Positions 1-9,523 of a stretch of 24,734 bases of DNA are shown here, in pieces. The first letter of the stretch is position 1, and every line of letters starts with the position of its first letter. The notes below the pieces were generated by a model. The model was not told where the DNA came from. It was given only the letters and a program-made list of their open reading frames with translations, and made no database searches. A program made the translations under genes and the position numbers. The stretch is from Tolypothrix carrinoi HA7290-LM1 (lineage in GTDB: Bacteria; Cyanobacteriota; Cyanobacteriia; Cyanobacteriales; Nostocaceae): positions 1 through 24,734 of the forward strand of contig JAHHIK010000121.1 of NCBI GenBank assembly GCA_019358935.1. Reading direction: 5' to 3'.

Positions 1-85
1 ATTAAAGAGTGGAGGATGTTTTCAATCTTCTCAAAAACTTTAGTGAAAAAAGAGAGCGTCTCCAAACTCTCCTGGAAATATATGG

Positions 86-571
86 TTACAATTGCTTATA
101 TTTGCCTATGCTAAAGTTAACTATTACGGCACGTATTTCTGGTAATCTGAAGATTTTTAGCGCTTCTTCTAATTTTGTAATTGCCTGTCGCTGTGATGCT
201 GCTGATGGTTGCCAAGCCAGTTCTATTGCTTCTTTGAAGAGTTGAGACGCTTTATCGTTCAGTGGTTTTATTTTCGCTTCTTCCGGACTGAGCGCAGGTT
301 TTGTGTTTTGTGGTTTTGTAGCTGGCGACTGGGCGATTTGCAGTTGTAAGCTTGTAATGTTGACACTACGCGGAACTTTCCCAGCTATATTTTCGGAAAA
401 TGAATCTGAATACGCTCGTTTCGCCTGCTGTGCTATTTGCAACCTTCTTTCAGGTGTTGCCCCCACTGACTCAGATAACAAAACGCCAGTGAGTAATAAA
501 ATTAAACCGTAGCGGGTAAAACTGGGCAGCAAGCACCAGAAAGTCCGCTGAGACTTTGCACTTTTCTTCAT
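86..571 (-). pseudogene. N-terminal part of a secreted TPR-type (probably TPR/CHAT) protein, apparently truncated near position 123
   Basis: The N-terminus (LLPSFTRYGLILLLTGVLLSESVGATP..LQIAQQ) and the helical segment ASQRQAITKLEEALKIFR resemble the start of long Nostocales TPR/CHAT proteins (from memory). The ORF ends soon after with an unrelated-looking tail (VNFSIGKYKQL*). Confidence 0.5.
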
Positions 572-954
572 TCTTAAGCCTCAACAAGTTATTAGTTGCA
601 GCAAGAATCCCGCCGGCACGAATCCTGCTATGAGTAAATTATTTAGTTCACTTCAGAGAAATCACTGAAGTTTGATTATTATCTTACGGGTATTGCTGGG
701 AAAAATCTACTTCTGTTTCGGTTTTTGTAACAGTTTGCCCCCAATGAGAAAAAACTGTAGGTCGTTGGGGCATTTGGTTGAGAACAATAGATGTACCTTG
801 AAAATAGGGGCTAGGTCGTGTTTTTAAACCCCAAAAGCCCTTAGGCTAGAAGCCTAGGGCTATACGAACAAAGCCTGCCGACCCAGGCTAAAAACTCTGC
901 TTTGTCTTAGTACAGCATGAGCGTAAAAGCGTAGCGTTTTTAAATGCAGGGGGA

Positions 955-1170
955 TGTTTTGGCTTAAGGTTGAAGTGTTTTGGCTTAAGGTTGAAGTGTT
1001 TTGGCTTAATGTTGAAGCGTTTTGGCTTAATGTTGAAGCGTTTTGGCTTAAGGTTGAAGCGTTTTGGCTTAAGGTTGAAGCGTTTTGGCTTAAGGTTGAA
1101 GTGTTTTGGCTTAAGGTTGAAGTGTTTTGGCTTAAGGTTGAAGTGTTTTGGCTTAAGGTTGAAGCGTTTT
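955..1170. repeat. Tandem array of ten 21-bp units plus a partial unit, consensus YGTTTTGGCTTAAKGTTGAAG
   Basis: Units start at 955, 976, 997 ... 1144 and vary at only two positions (T/C first base; G/T in units 3-4). There are no spacers. Confidence 0.97.
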
Positions 1171-1241
1171 TGAAAAAACACTCCTTAATTAGGCGAATAA
1201 GTGCAAAAAGTTTAATGTACAAGATTACAATGTTCACATAC

Positions 1242-1339
1242 TAATAGTTTGTCAAACTCATTTGGACGGTTAGAGAAACGCGATAAATCGCCGTCTCTAC
1301 AGAAAAATTATCCGTCAATTAGTCCTTGACGCACTACTA
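1242..1339. mobile_element. MITE-like element with imperfect terminal inverted repeats enclosing a GTAG-type REP-like palindrome
   Basis: TAATAGTTTGTCAA (1242-1255) matches the reverse complement of TTGACGCACTACTA (1326-1339) at 11/14. Inner GACGG/CCGTC arms flank GAGAAACGCGATAAATCGCCGTCTCTAC. Confidence 0.55.
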
Positions 1340-1385
1340 AATTATCTGGTGGCTATTGCTAGCGCTTATGTGAGTCAAAGAATAA

Positions 1386-2297
1386 ATGACCAGATTTCCC
1401 TACGATCAGTTTGCCAAAGATTATCTTCAAGAATTGTTGTTGCCATTAGGAAAAGTAGAAACAAGCCGTCAGGTTGCGGCAGAAGTGCGGGAAATTGATG
1501 TTTATTTTGCACCGTCACCTCAACCTTCAAGCAACACGACACCGCTAGGATTATTAGGGCGATTTGCTGCTACAGCAGCACTGTTTGAACCGTTTAGAAA
1601 TGCGGCAACCAAAAGTGAAATTCGCGGTTGTCTACACAAATTATTTGATGTTTTTGCTGATTTGGAACGTCAGACTAAACGTAATAATACTCGCGTTTCT
1701 GAGATTGAATTACCGCGTTTGTGGATTTTATCCCCTACCGCTTCTGTATCGCTTTTAGATGGATTTGGAGCTAGACTTGATGAAGATAACTGGGGTGCTG
1801 GAGTCTATTTTTTAGCAGACTTTTTCAAAACAGCTATTGTCGCAATTCACCAGCTACCGCGTACCGAAGAAACTCTCTGGTTGAGAATTCTAGGTAAAGG
1901 AAGAGTTCAGCAACAGGCAATCGATGAACTAGAGGCACTTCCAGAAAATAATCCTTTACGTTCCAAAGCTATAGATTTGTTGGTTAATTTGAAGACTACC
2001 TTAGAAGTCGGTCAAAATGTAGATCAAGAGGATAGGGATTTAATTATGCGGTTATCACCGATTTATGAGCAACGGTTAGCAGAGGCTAGACAAGAAGGAC
2101 AACAGCAAGGTATGCAGCAAGGTATTCAGACGGAACGTCGCATTACAATAGAAAACTTGCTGCGTGTCCGCTTTGGGATATTGGATGAGGAGTTAGTAGC
2201 AATTATAGAGCCAATGCTTGTATTACCACCAGAAGAGTTTACTCGTTTGTTGGTGCAATCATCTCGTGAGGAGTTGTTAGCAAGATTTCGTCATTGA
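1386..2297 (+). CDS. Rpn-like / PD-(D/E)XK-type putative nuclease of an expanded cyanobacterial family (often mis-annotated flagellar assembly protein H)
   Basis: 303 aa with DQFAKDYLQELL, EVREIDVYF, LFEPFRN, TLWLRILGKG motifs, a Q/G repeat (QEGQQQGMQQG) and a DUF4351-like tail (LLRVRFG..L..SREELLARF). Confidence 0.7.
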   Translation: MTRFPYDQFAKDYLQELLLPLGKVETSRQVAAEVREIDVYFAPSPQPSSNTTPLGLLGRFAATAALFEPFRNAATKSEIRGCLHKLFDVFADLERQTKRNNTRVSEIELPRLWILSPTASVSLLDGFGARLDEDNWGAGVYFLADFFKTAIVAIHQLPRTEETLWLRILGKGRVQQQAIDELEALPENNPLRSKAIDLLVNLKTTLEVGQNVDQEDRDLIMRLSPIYEQRLAEARQEGQQQGMQQGIQTERRITIENLLRVRFGILDEELVAIIEPMLVLPPEEFTRLLVQSSREELLARFRH

Positions 2298-2357
2298 GAT
2301 TGTGTGAAGCAATAAGCGCGATCGCCTATACAATAAGGTAATTCCTTTAACTACAAA

Positions 2358-2846
2358 CTAACCTTTAATATGCTTTAAACTATTAAAATCATCAGCAGTT
2401 ATTTGATAAGCCGCACCAAAACCAATCACAAAGCGCCCTTCATGAGGTGTAAGCTTAAAAATGCGGAAGTCAGCCAAGCCACGAAAGACTTGGATCATGT
2501 CTCCAAAACGTTCTTCAAAGCGATCGGCAATTTGATTCCACTCTGAAGTTTCTCTTTCGATTAAACTTGCAGAACAATCAAAAGTTAGACGACGACGGGC
2601 AAAGATTTGCTCGGTTTTCGATTCGTCGTCAATAAACAGAATGCAAGCTTGAGATTTAGCATACAAGTTACGAGTGTGAGGTGAAAGACCGCTAACAAAT
2701 ATATAAACGTTTTTTGCCTCATCCATGACAAAAGGTGCATAACTAGCGTTCGGTTGATTTTCTTCGCTAACGGTGCTGAGGATAAGACTTTGAAATTCAT
2801 TTGTAAAATTTTGATACGCAGCTTGTGCTTCTTCTATTTTGCTCAT
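2358..2846 (-). CDS. hugZ: HugZ/HutZ-family heme utilization protein (pyridoxamine 5'-phosphate oxidase-like fold)
   Basis: Motifs PNASYAPF, YIFVSGLSPHTRNL, IFARRRLTF, DFRIFKLTP..GRFVIGFGAAY. Confidence 0.85.
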   Translation of the reverse strand: MSKIEEAQAAYQNFTNEFQSLILSTVSEENQPNASYAPFVMDEAKNVYIFVSGLSPHTRNLYAKSQACILFIDDESKTEQIFARRRLTFDCSASLIERETSEWNQIADRFEERFGDMIQVFRGLADFRIFKLTPHEGRFVIGFGAAYQITADDFNSLKHIKG

Positions 2847-2860
2847 GGTTGATTATAGTT

Positions 2861-2925
2861 TGTAGTTAGCGCTTCAGCGCTATAGGGTGCGTTAGTGCTA
2901 TTTGAGCGCTGAAGCGCTCACTACG
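2861..2925. repeat. Inverted pair of GTAG-type REP-like palindromes
   Basis: GTAGTTAGCGCTTCAGCGCT ... AGCGCTGAAGCGCTCACTAC; each arm is self-complementary and the two arms pair with each other. Confidence 0.7.
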
Positions 2926-2932
2926 AGAAAAA

Positions 2933-3229
2933 CTATTCCCAGGTGGAAATAGACCGCAGGACATCGGGAATTTCACCTTGAGATAAAGGAAATTCGAGGG
3001 TGGTTTCTTTTAAGCCTAAATAACCTGATTCGGTAAAGGATAAAAGCATTCGCGACAGCGCTATCCAAACTTCTGATTCATATTCCCAATCACGATAACG
3101 TGTAGCACGACCGGCAATTGAACGCAACGCCCAAAAGTATGAATTCCTCACCACAGAACCACCTTTTTTAAATTCTGGTAAGTCCTCGTGGTGCAAGAAA
3201 AGTACGCTGTTTTCAATTTTGGCTCTCAT
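2933..3229 (-). CDS. Conserved cyanobacterial hypothetical protein, 98 aa
   Basis: Natural-looking ORF with ATG start 12 nt after the TonB receptor stop, same strand as both neighbours. Confidence 0.8.
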   Translation of the reverse strand: MRAKIENSVLFLHHEDLPEFKKGGSVVRNSYFWALRSIAGRATRYRDWEYESEVWIALSRMLLSFTESGYLGLKETTLEFPLSQGEIPDVLRSISTWE

Positions 3230-3241
3230 AGAGTTGCTTAA

Positions 3242-5314
3242 TTAAAAACTTGACGATACACCAATTCTAAAAGCGCGTCCGGGGTGATAAATACGATTAG
3301 CTTTTTCATACTGAACATCAGCCAAGTTTTCGACAAAAACATTTAACCCTAAGGTTCTCGTTATAGGAATCCTAGCACCAAGATCCAAGTTCAACCAAGA
3401 GGGTGAGAAATCTGTGGTAGACTGACCAGGCACTACAAAAAAGGCTCTGCGCGAACCACTGTTGTAACTAGCAATCAGATTAACCTGCCAACCGTTGGAT
3501 TCATAACCTAGACCCATTTGTGCTACTGAGTAGGGAACGAAGCCTAATTGCAATCCTTTGTCTAAACCTGATTCGATGCGGGCATCAGTATAAGTATAGT
3601 TGATAAAAGTTGACCATTCACGCGCAATTCGCAATCGTAAAGCAGCTTCTAAACCGTTGGTATTTACTAAGCCAATATTAGTCCACTCCCCTCCGCTTAC
3701 TGCCAAGCGGTTATCTAAACTACTGCCAAAGTAAGTAAATTGCCCGGTTAAATTATTAGATAATTTGACATCAAGTCCTGCTGTCCAAGAAGAACCAGTT
3801 TCCGGTTTGAGGTCGGGGTTGGGCGACCAGCCATGAACGGTATCATAAACATATAATTGGTCTATACCTGGGTTGCGCTGCACTGAAGCCCAACTTCCAC
3901 GTACTGCAATATTTGGGCTAGCAGCATATTTTAACCCGACGCTAGGATTAAGATAACTACCAAACTCACTATTAAAGTTTTGTCGAAATCCTAAATCTGC
4001 TTGAAAATTCTTTGTTAGATTCCAAGTATTTAAGGCGAATATTGCTGTTTGAAATCTATCTCTATTTTCACTGCCATTGAAACGAATACGATCCTGGATA
4101 TTACTTAAAACATCACCATCAAGATTATTATTTTTTAAATCTAATCCCCAACGCAGAAGGTTATTTTGATTGAATTGCCACTGATGTTCTACTCTCGCAG
4201 TTAAAGCTTGGGAATCTAATGTACCTCGACGATAAAAACTAGTGCCACTTGGACCATAAGTGCTGAAGTAATCTTGAGCATAGCCGATTGTGGCGTTAAG
4301 AGTAGAATCTTTAGCATTACCAAGCTGACTTCTCCAAGATAAGCCAGTACTGAATACATCGTGGTCAAGTCTGTCTCTTTGAAGAGGGAAACCAAAGTAA
4401 GTTAAACCTCGGCGACTGCTAATTATATTAGTATCAAAACTGATAGTATTTTTGGGATTTACATCTAAGGTAACATTACCAAAGTAGTTGCTAGTCGCGG
4501 TATCTCCATTAAAAAACCGTCCATTAGCATCACGATTTACAGCACCGACAGGTACTTCGTAATTATTTTCTGCGTCGTACTTTTCGTAGCCTATATTAAA
4601 TTTGACGGAACCAATAGCACCACCATAGCTAGTACGGTAGTTAGATTCATCAAAAGAACCATATTGCACTAAACCACTAAATCTAGGCGGACCTTCACCT
4701 TGTTTGGTGATAATATTAACTACTCCGCCAACGGCTTCTGAACCGTATAATGTGGAAGCTGTACCACTAGATAATTCCACCCGTTCAATCGATTCTACGG
4801 GAATGCTATTCAGGTCAGTATTGCCATGATAAGTGTTAATATTGCTGTTAATCGGTCTGCCATTTAGTAAAAATACAGACTGATTAATTGACTGTCCTCG
4901 GTAGAAGGTTCCGGTGTGAATATCTGCACCAAAACCTACATCGTTAATAGCAAATCCGGGTAAACCTCTTAATACTTCTGCCGCACTATTAGCGCCTTGT
5001 TTTTGAATTTCTTCTTTATCTATTACATAAACTGGGCTAGATTGAGGTTGAGTATCTTGTTCGCCAGTTACTTCTAGGTTAATATCTGCATCATCGGTGG
5101 TTTCTGGTTCTGGTTCAGTTGTTGGTGGTGACTGGCTAATTTTATCTAATTTATCTGGCTGGGTTAATAATTGAGCATCCTTTGATGGTAGTTTGATTTC
5201 GCTTAAATTAGGTATGTCTGATATTACCTGAGACGATTTATCCGCTGCTACGGTAGGAAATGCGTAAGCTAAACTTGTTACACCAACTGAAAGCAAAAGA
5301 AGATATCTTCTCAC
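3242..5314 (-). CDS. TonB-dependent outer-membrane receptor, probably heme/tetrapyrrole type
   Basis: Signal peptide; TonB box-like LEVTG; plug motifs (LRGLPG, IERVEL..G..STLYGSEAVGGVVNIITK); NPDLKPE; NLADVQY..PGR; C-terminal Phe. Substrate inferred from the downstream hugZ. Confidence 0.93.
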   Translation of the reverse strand: MRRYLLLLSVGVTSLAYAFPTVAADKSSQVISDIPNLSEIKLPSKDAQLLTQPDKLDKISQSPPTTEPEPETTDDADINLEVTGEQDTQPQSSPVYVIDKEEIQKQGANSAAEVLRGLPGFAINDVGFGADIHTGTFYRGQSINQSVFLLNGRPINSNINTYHGNTDLNSIPVESIERVELSSGTASTLYGSEAVGGVVNIITKQGEGPPRFSGLVQYGSFDESNYRTSYGGAIGSVKFNIGYEKYDAENNYEVPVGAVNRDANGRFFNGDTATSNYFGNVTLDVNPKNTISFDTNIISSRRGLTYFGFPLQRDRLDHDVFSTGLSWRSQLGNAKDSTLNATIGYAQDYFSTYGPSGTSFYRRGTLDSQALTARVEHQWQFNQNNLLRWGLDLKNNNLDGDVLSNIQDRIRFNGSENRDRFQTAIFALNTWNLTKNFQADLGFRQNFNSEFGSYLNPSVGLKYAASPNIAVRGSWASVQRNPGIDQLYVYDTVHGWSPNPDLKPETGSSWTAGLDVKLSNNLTGQFTYFGSSLDNRLAVSGGEWTNIGLVNTNGLEAALRLRIAREWSTFINYTYTDARIESGLDKGLQLGFVPYSVAQMGLGYESNGWQVNLIASYNSGSRRAFFVVPGQSTTDFSPSWLNLDLGARIPITRTLGLNVFVENLADVQYEKANRIYHPGRAFRIGVSSSF

Positions 5315-5424
5315 CCTGTTTCCTCACACTAAGTAAAAATACCAATCAGGTGTTATTTTTGCTGTTAGCGGAAAACGCTGTCAAAAGACAAGCTGTCATA
5401 CTTCAGGGGATATTTTATGAGAAA

Positions 5425-5521
5425 CGTTCGCCCTTGGCGTTGCCGTAGGCTACCGCAGAGAACGCAGAGTTAGCAGAGGAAGAGAAGGTAGAGAGTCTGA
5501 CAATCGATTTAGAATTGCTAT
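5425..5521. repeat. Cluster of small dispersed repeats (GC-rich SDR-like unit, (C)GCAGAG repeats, possible MITE end)
   Basis: CGTTCGCCCTTGGCGTTGCCGTAGGCTA is followed by CCGCAGAGAACGCAGAG..GCAGAG and ACAATCGATTTAGAATTGCTA. Resemblance to Nostocales repeats is from memory. Confidence 0.4.
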
Positions 5522-5534
5522 GTTTAAATTGAAT

Positions 5535-6395
5535 TTAAGAAATTGGCTCAAATACCATTGTCGGAATCAACATATCGGCTTCGGTTTGGGCTATTCCTAA
5601 AAAACGCTTGTCTTCATGGTAAACTCGCACTGTGTCGGCAATATGCATGAAAGGAATGCGCTGTCCTTGACACCACTTTTGAGCAGATGTTGCTGGTAAG
5701 GTGACAGATGGTAAATGTTGTAAAGCTGCATCCGGGGGAGTTGGTTGAAAGGTTCCTGCTTCTAAGTCGGTAAAGGTGAGACTGTCTGCTAAATGAAAAC
5801 CGCTGCTTTCAGTGCGTGTTAAGGCAGCGAGAGTACCGCCAGTTTGTAAAATGATACCTAAATCGCGAGCGATCGCTCTAATATATGTACCAGATCCGCA
5901 GGCGATCGCTACATCCAATTCCGGAAAATCCCCGGATCGCCAATCCAATATTTCAATCTGAAAAATCTCAACTGTTCGCGCCGGCGCTTCTATGACTTCG
6001 CCTTTACGTGCCAAATCATACAAGCGTTTTCCCTCAACTTGAATTGCACTGTAACTTGGGGGAATTTGCTGAATTTTTCCCTCAAATTGTTTAAGTGCAG
6101 TTTCCACATCTGCTAAACTGACTGCACAGATTTGAGAAGCGATAATTTCACCTTGCAAATCATCGGTTGTAGTCTGCACACCCAAGCGAATTGTCGCTTT
6201 GTAAGCTTTGTTTCCTGATAGATACTGCAATAATCTTGTCGCTTTACCAAGTGCGATTGGTAACACCCCGGTTGCGGCTGGATCTAATGTTCCTGCGTGT
6301 CCCACGCGCTTGAGACGCAAGAGTTTGCGCGTCTTCGCTACGCAGTCGTGAGATGTCCAGTCAAATGGTTTGTTGAGATTTAGAAAGCCTTGCAC
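5535..6395 (-). CDS. truB: tRNA pseudouridine(55) synthase TruB
   Basis: [62 protein letters not shown]. Confidence 0.98.
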   Translation of the reverse strand: MQGFLNLNKPFDWTSHDCVAKTRKLLRLKRVGHAGTLDPAATGVLPIALGKATRLLQYLSGNKAYKATIRLGVQTTTDDLQGEIIASQICAVSLADVETALKQFEGKIQQIPPSYSAIQVEGKRLYDLARKGEVIEAPARTVEIFQIEILDWRSGDFPELDVAIACGSGTYIRAIARDLGIILQTGGTLAALTRTESSGFHLADSLTFTDLEAGTFQPTPPDAALQHLPSVTLPATSAQKWCQGQRIPFMHIADTVRVYHEDKRFLGIAQTEADMLIPTMVFEPIS

Positions 6396-6407
6396 AGATT
6401 TGGGGAA

Positions 6408-6597
6408 TTGGTTAGTTGTTAGTTGTTAGTGGTTGGTAGTTAGTAGTCAGGAGTTAGGAGTTAAGAGTTAGGAGTTAGGAGTACTTTTTGACAACTATCT
6501 ACTATCCACGCTCCAACTAACCAATATCCACTATCCACTAACCAATATCCACTATCCACTATCCACGCTCCAACTAACAACTATCCACGCTCCAACT
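6408..6597. repeat. Heptamer STRR arrays in inverted arrangement
   Basis: GTTGTTA/GGAGTTA units at about 6408-6482, then ACTATCC/CCAACTA-type units at about 6492-6597. Confidence 0.9.
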
Positions 6598-8275
6598 ATT
6601 CACCATTCAGCGCTTGCGCTAATTCGGTTGTTGTCAATGACTGGACAAGACTTAAACCCACAGGTTGACTAGAAATGGTTTTGACGTAAGCTGCGTTGAG
6701 GTAAGGTATGTATTTTGAAGTTCCCGCTACGTAAGTTTCAAAGAAAGGTAAACTCATACGTAACAAGTACTGACGCGCTTGTGCTGGATTGGCACCAACT
6801 ATCTCCGAAGGTAATCCTACTTGTTCGGTGGTGTTCTTGCTTTCGCCAATCGTAGAAAAGTGGGTTCCACCTTCTAGCACAACTAGGTACTTTTGGGTAT
6901 TGGCAATCCAGGAAAAGGGGAGAATTTGTTCGTATAAAGCTGGGGCAATGGTATCATCACTGCTGCTAACAATCATTACGGGAGTTTGAATTTCCTTTAA
7001 GCCAGCTTCTCCGAAGACACTGCTAGTGATTGGATTAAGGGCGATCGCTGCTTTAACTCTCTCATCCCGCAACTTATAATCTTGGTTGTTTGGCAATTGC
7101 AAAGCGCGACACTGAAGCAATAAAGACAGATTCCAAGTATCTTTTAACGCTTGTTTGCTACAGTCTTTTCTTAATTCCTGAAAGTTAATTTTAGCACCTG
7201 CCAAGGCTAAAGCTGTGTAGCCACCAAACGATTGACCAATTACACCAACTTGTTGCAGATTTAGGCGTCCTTTAAATCGAGAATCGGATTTGTTCCGCAT
7301 TTCCAATTCATCAAGTATATGTTTGACATCTAAAGGACGGTCAACAAATTCCTGCGGATTTGCAGCTTCACTAGCGCGTCCATTCAAAAGGGATTGCAGT
7401 TGTTTCGCATCGCTACCCGGATGATTGGGAACGACGACAGCAAACCCGTAGGAGGCTAAGTGATTCGCTAAATATTCAAAGTTGCCGCTGTCTGAACCGA
7501 CACCATGAGAAATGACTATTACTGCTGCGGGTGTGGAAACATTGGGAAGGTAAATATCTGTCAGTAAAAGCCGATTGCGTGCTAAGTCAAAAATCTTTAG
7601 TGTCTCTTTATCTTTGATTGCAAACTTTCCCTTGCGACGTAAATCTGGCAATTGCGAGAGATTTAGCCACGGTTGAACGATCGCTGCTTCTGTATTAGAC
7701 TTTTGGGAAACTGCGGCGATCGCTCGATTAGTTTCACTAACGAGTTTTTCCAGTTCTCCTGCTATCCCCAGGCTACGCGCTAAATCAATGTGAATGCTGC
7801 GACTGGGATACTTTTTTAACAAATTTAATAACGTTAAGCCTTCTGGTTCCGCAGAAGCTAAAATCAACGCTGAACGTAAAGCATGAAATCCGGGTTTGGG
7901 TTGACGAGATTCGGTTTTAATCACTTCTCCCAAACGTCCGAGAAGAAATTCTCCTTGGGGTGTGTAGAGAAATTGCGAAACCGCTACCGAGTTAACTTTG
8001 ATTGGTGTGACTAAAGCACGGCGTAACTCCTGAAGTTGTTGTGGTTGCACATATTGCTGATAAACTGCCAAGTCGTCGTCAATTACATTCTTTTTCGCGT
8101 AATTTTCCAAAGCATTGATGGAAATAGAACGCTCTAAAGCCGAGTAAGATGCATAAATTCGCTCTGCTGCCCGTGCTGAATTACTTATCCCAAGTGTAGG
8201 CAGCAGCGTTGAGAGAACCAGCCATAGAAAATTTTTTCTCAGGGTGCTGGTCCAAATACCAAACAAGCTGTTCAT
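6596..8275 (-). CDS. DUF1400-domain alpha/beta hydrolase
   Basis: AAERIYASY..ERSIS DUF1400 start, VIVISHG, nucleophile elbow GQSFGG, GGTHFS. The start is placed at ATG 8275 (MNSLFG), just before a signal-like segment, rather than TTG 8368. Confidence 0.9.
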   Translation of the reverse strand: MNSLFGIWTSTLRKNFLWLVLSTLLPTLGISNSARAAERIYASYSALERSISINALENYAKKNVIDDDLAVYQQYVQPQQLQELRRALVTPIKVNSVAVSQFLYTPQGEFLLGRLGEVIKTESRQPKPGFHALRSALILASAEPEGLTLLNLLKKYPSRSIHIDLARSLGIAGELEKLVSETNRAIAAVSQKSNTEAAIVQPWLNLSQLPDLRRKGKFAIKDKETLKIFDLARNRLLLTDIYLPNVSTPAAVIVISHGVGSDSGNFEYLANHLASYGFAVVVPNHPGSDAKQLQSLLNGRASEAANPQEFVDRPLDVKHILDELEMRNKSDSRFKGRLNLQQVGVIGQSFGGYTALALAGAKINFQELRKDCSKQALKDTWNLSLLLQCRALQLPNNQDYKLRDERVKAAIALNPITSSVFGEAGLKEIQTPVMIVSSSDDTIAPALYEQILPFSWIANTQKYLVVLEGGTHFSTIGESKNTTEQVGLPSEIVGANPAQARQYLLRMSLPFFETYVAGTSKYIPYLNAAYVKTISSQPVGLSLVQSLTTTELAQALNGE

Positions 8276-8600
8276 CGAGCAACGATGTTGTAGGTTATGT
8301 TGTGAGCGCGAGGCGTTAGCTTTGGTAGTTACGGACACCCTGAATCTTTGAAATTCGATTCGCCTCAAAAGTATTGATTTTTGTTTTTTTCTCTAATTAA
8401 GAAATTCAAAATAAAATTTCTTGAGAGTTATTAACATAGGTCAAATTACCTAGCTACCCAGATATGAATTAACAATTCTTAGGTAGCTATAACATCATAA
8501 CAAATAATAAATTCACCCGCTTCAGTATGACAAATGCAACAATAAAAAAGCGATTATTTGAGGCAAAAACACCGTAAATTTACCGACACAAAAACTGAGA

Positions 8601-9518
8601 TTAATTGGATTTTCCCAAAGCGATCGCTACACAACCAGATACAACCAAAACCGCGCCGAGTATGCCTGTCAAAGTCAAGCGTTCTGGCGCAATCAGATTA
8701 CGTGCCACTACGGATACAACTTCAACTGATATTAAAGTCACAATCGGAGCGGTAGCCAATACTGCACTTACCCGCGATGCTTCCCAATGCTCTAATGCTT
8801 CTGCAAAAGCACCGTAAGCAATTAAAGTATTTAAAGCACAAAAAAACAACATTCCTCCATGCAAAAAATCGAGTGTAAAAATTGTATTCGGATGAGCAAA
8901 GGGAGTGAATAATAAAGTACATCCTCCATAAATAATCAGCATAATGCTGGCAGAAGATAAAGATTGTAATAACTGTTTTTGTGCTAAAGCATAAATCGCC
9001 CATGCGATCGCTGCCAACACAGTTAAACTAGTACCTAAAAGATACGCACCACGCGCTGTAATTAAATTATTTAGTTGTTCGTGAAAGAACAATAAAAAAC
9101 CAACAATCAGCACACTCACACCCAGCCACTGACGCAATGTATAACGTTCGCGAAAAAGAACTAAACCACCGAAACCTAATAACACCGGCGCTAATTGAAT
9201 GATAACTTCTGCGTTAGCGGGTGATGTTAACGCTAAACCTTGCAAAAAAAGAACGTAATTGCTAGCCAAAAAGATAATAGCGATCGCTAACAGTTTCCCA
9301 GAAGCAGAACGCAGTTGTCTTAGCGTTGGTAGCTTTCCCCGAACCCCCAAATAAACAGCAAGCAATGCAAACGACACCACAAAGCGAAACCAAGTAACAG
9401 TGTAAACATCGAGTGTTTGCAATGTTACCGCCAAAGCAATAGGTAGAATTCCCCATAAAAAAACGGTCAAAAGCGATAGCAAAAGTCCTAAACGCCAGCG
9501 ACCGGAACTTTGATGCAT
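8601..9518 (-). CDS. EamA/DMT family transporter
   Basis: About 10 hydrophobic helices, LWGILP, duplicated EamA halves. Confidence 0.93.
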   Translation of the reverse strand: MHQSSGRWRLGLLLSLLTVFLWGILPIALAVTLQTLDVYTVTWFRFVVSFALLAVYLGVRGKLPTLRQLRSASGKLLAIAIIFLASNYVLFLQGLALTSPANAEVIIQLAPVLLGFGGLVLFRERYTLRQWLGVSVLIVGFLLFFHEQLNNLITARGAYLLGTSLTVLAAIAWAIYALAQKQLLQSLSSASIMLIIYGGCTLLFTPFAHPNTIFTLDFLHGGMLFFCALNTLIAYGAFAEALEHWEASRVSAVLATAPIVTLISVEVVSVVARNLIAPERLTLTGILGAVLVVSGCVAIALGKSN

Positions 9519-9523
9519 AATTT

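Noticed and set aside
955..1170. CRISPR array
   Set aside because: The units are contiguous with no unique spacers, and there are no cas genes in the window.
860..1244. Four overlapping ORFs across the 21-bp array
   Set aside because: They are open because the unit is a multiple of 3 without stops in those frames; there is no independent coding evidence.
5315..5534. Cobalamin riboswitch or Fur box upstream of the TonB receptor
   Set aside because: I could not identify a convincing B12 box or Fur palindrome by eye, and the region is largely dispersed repeats.
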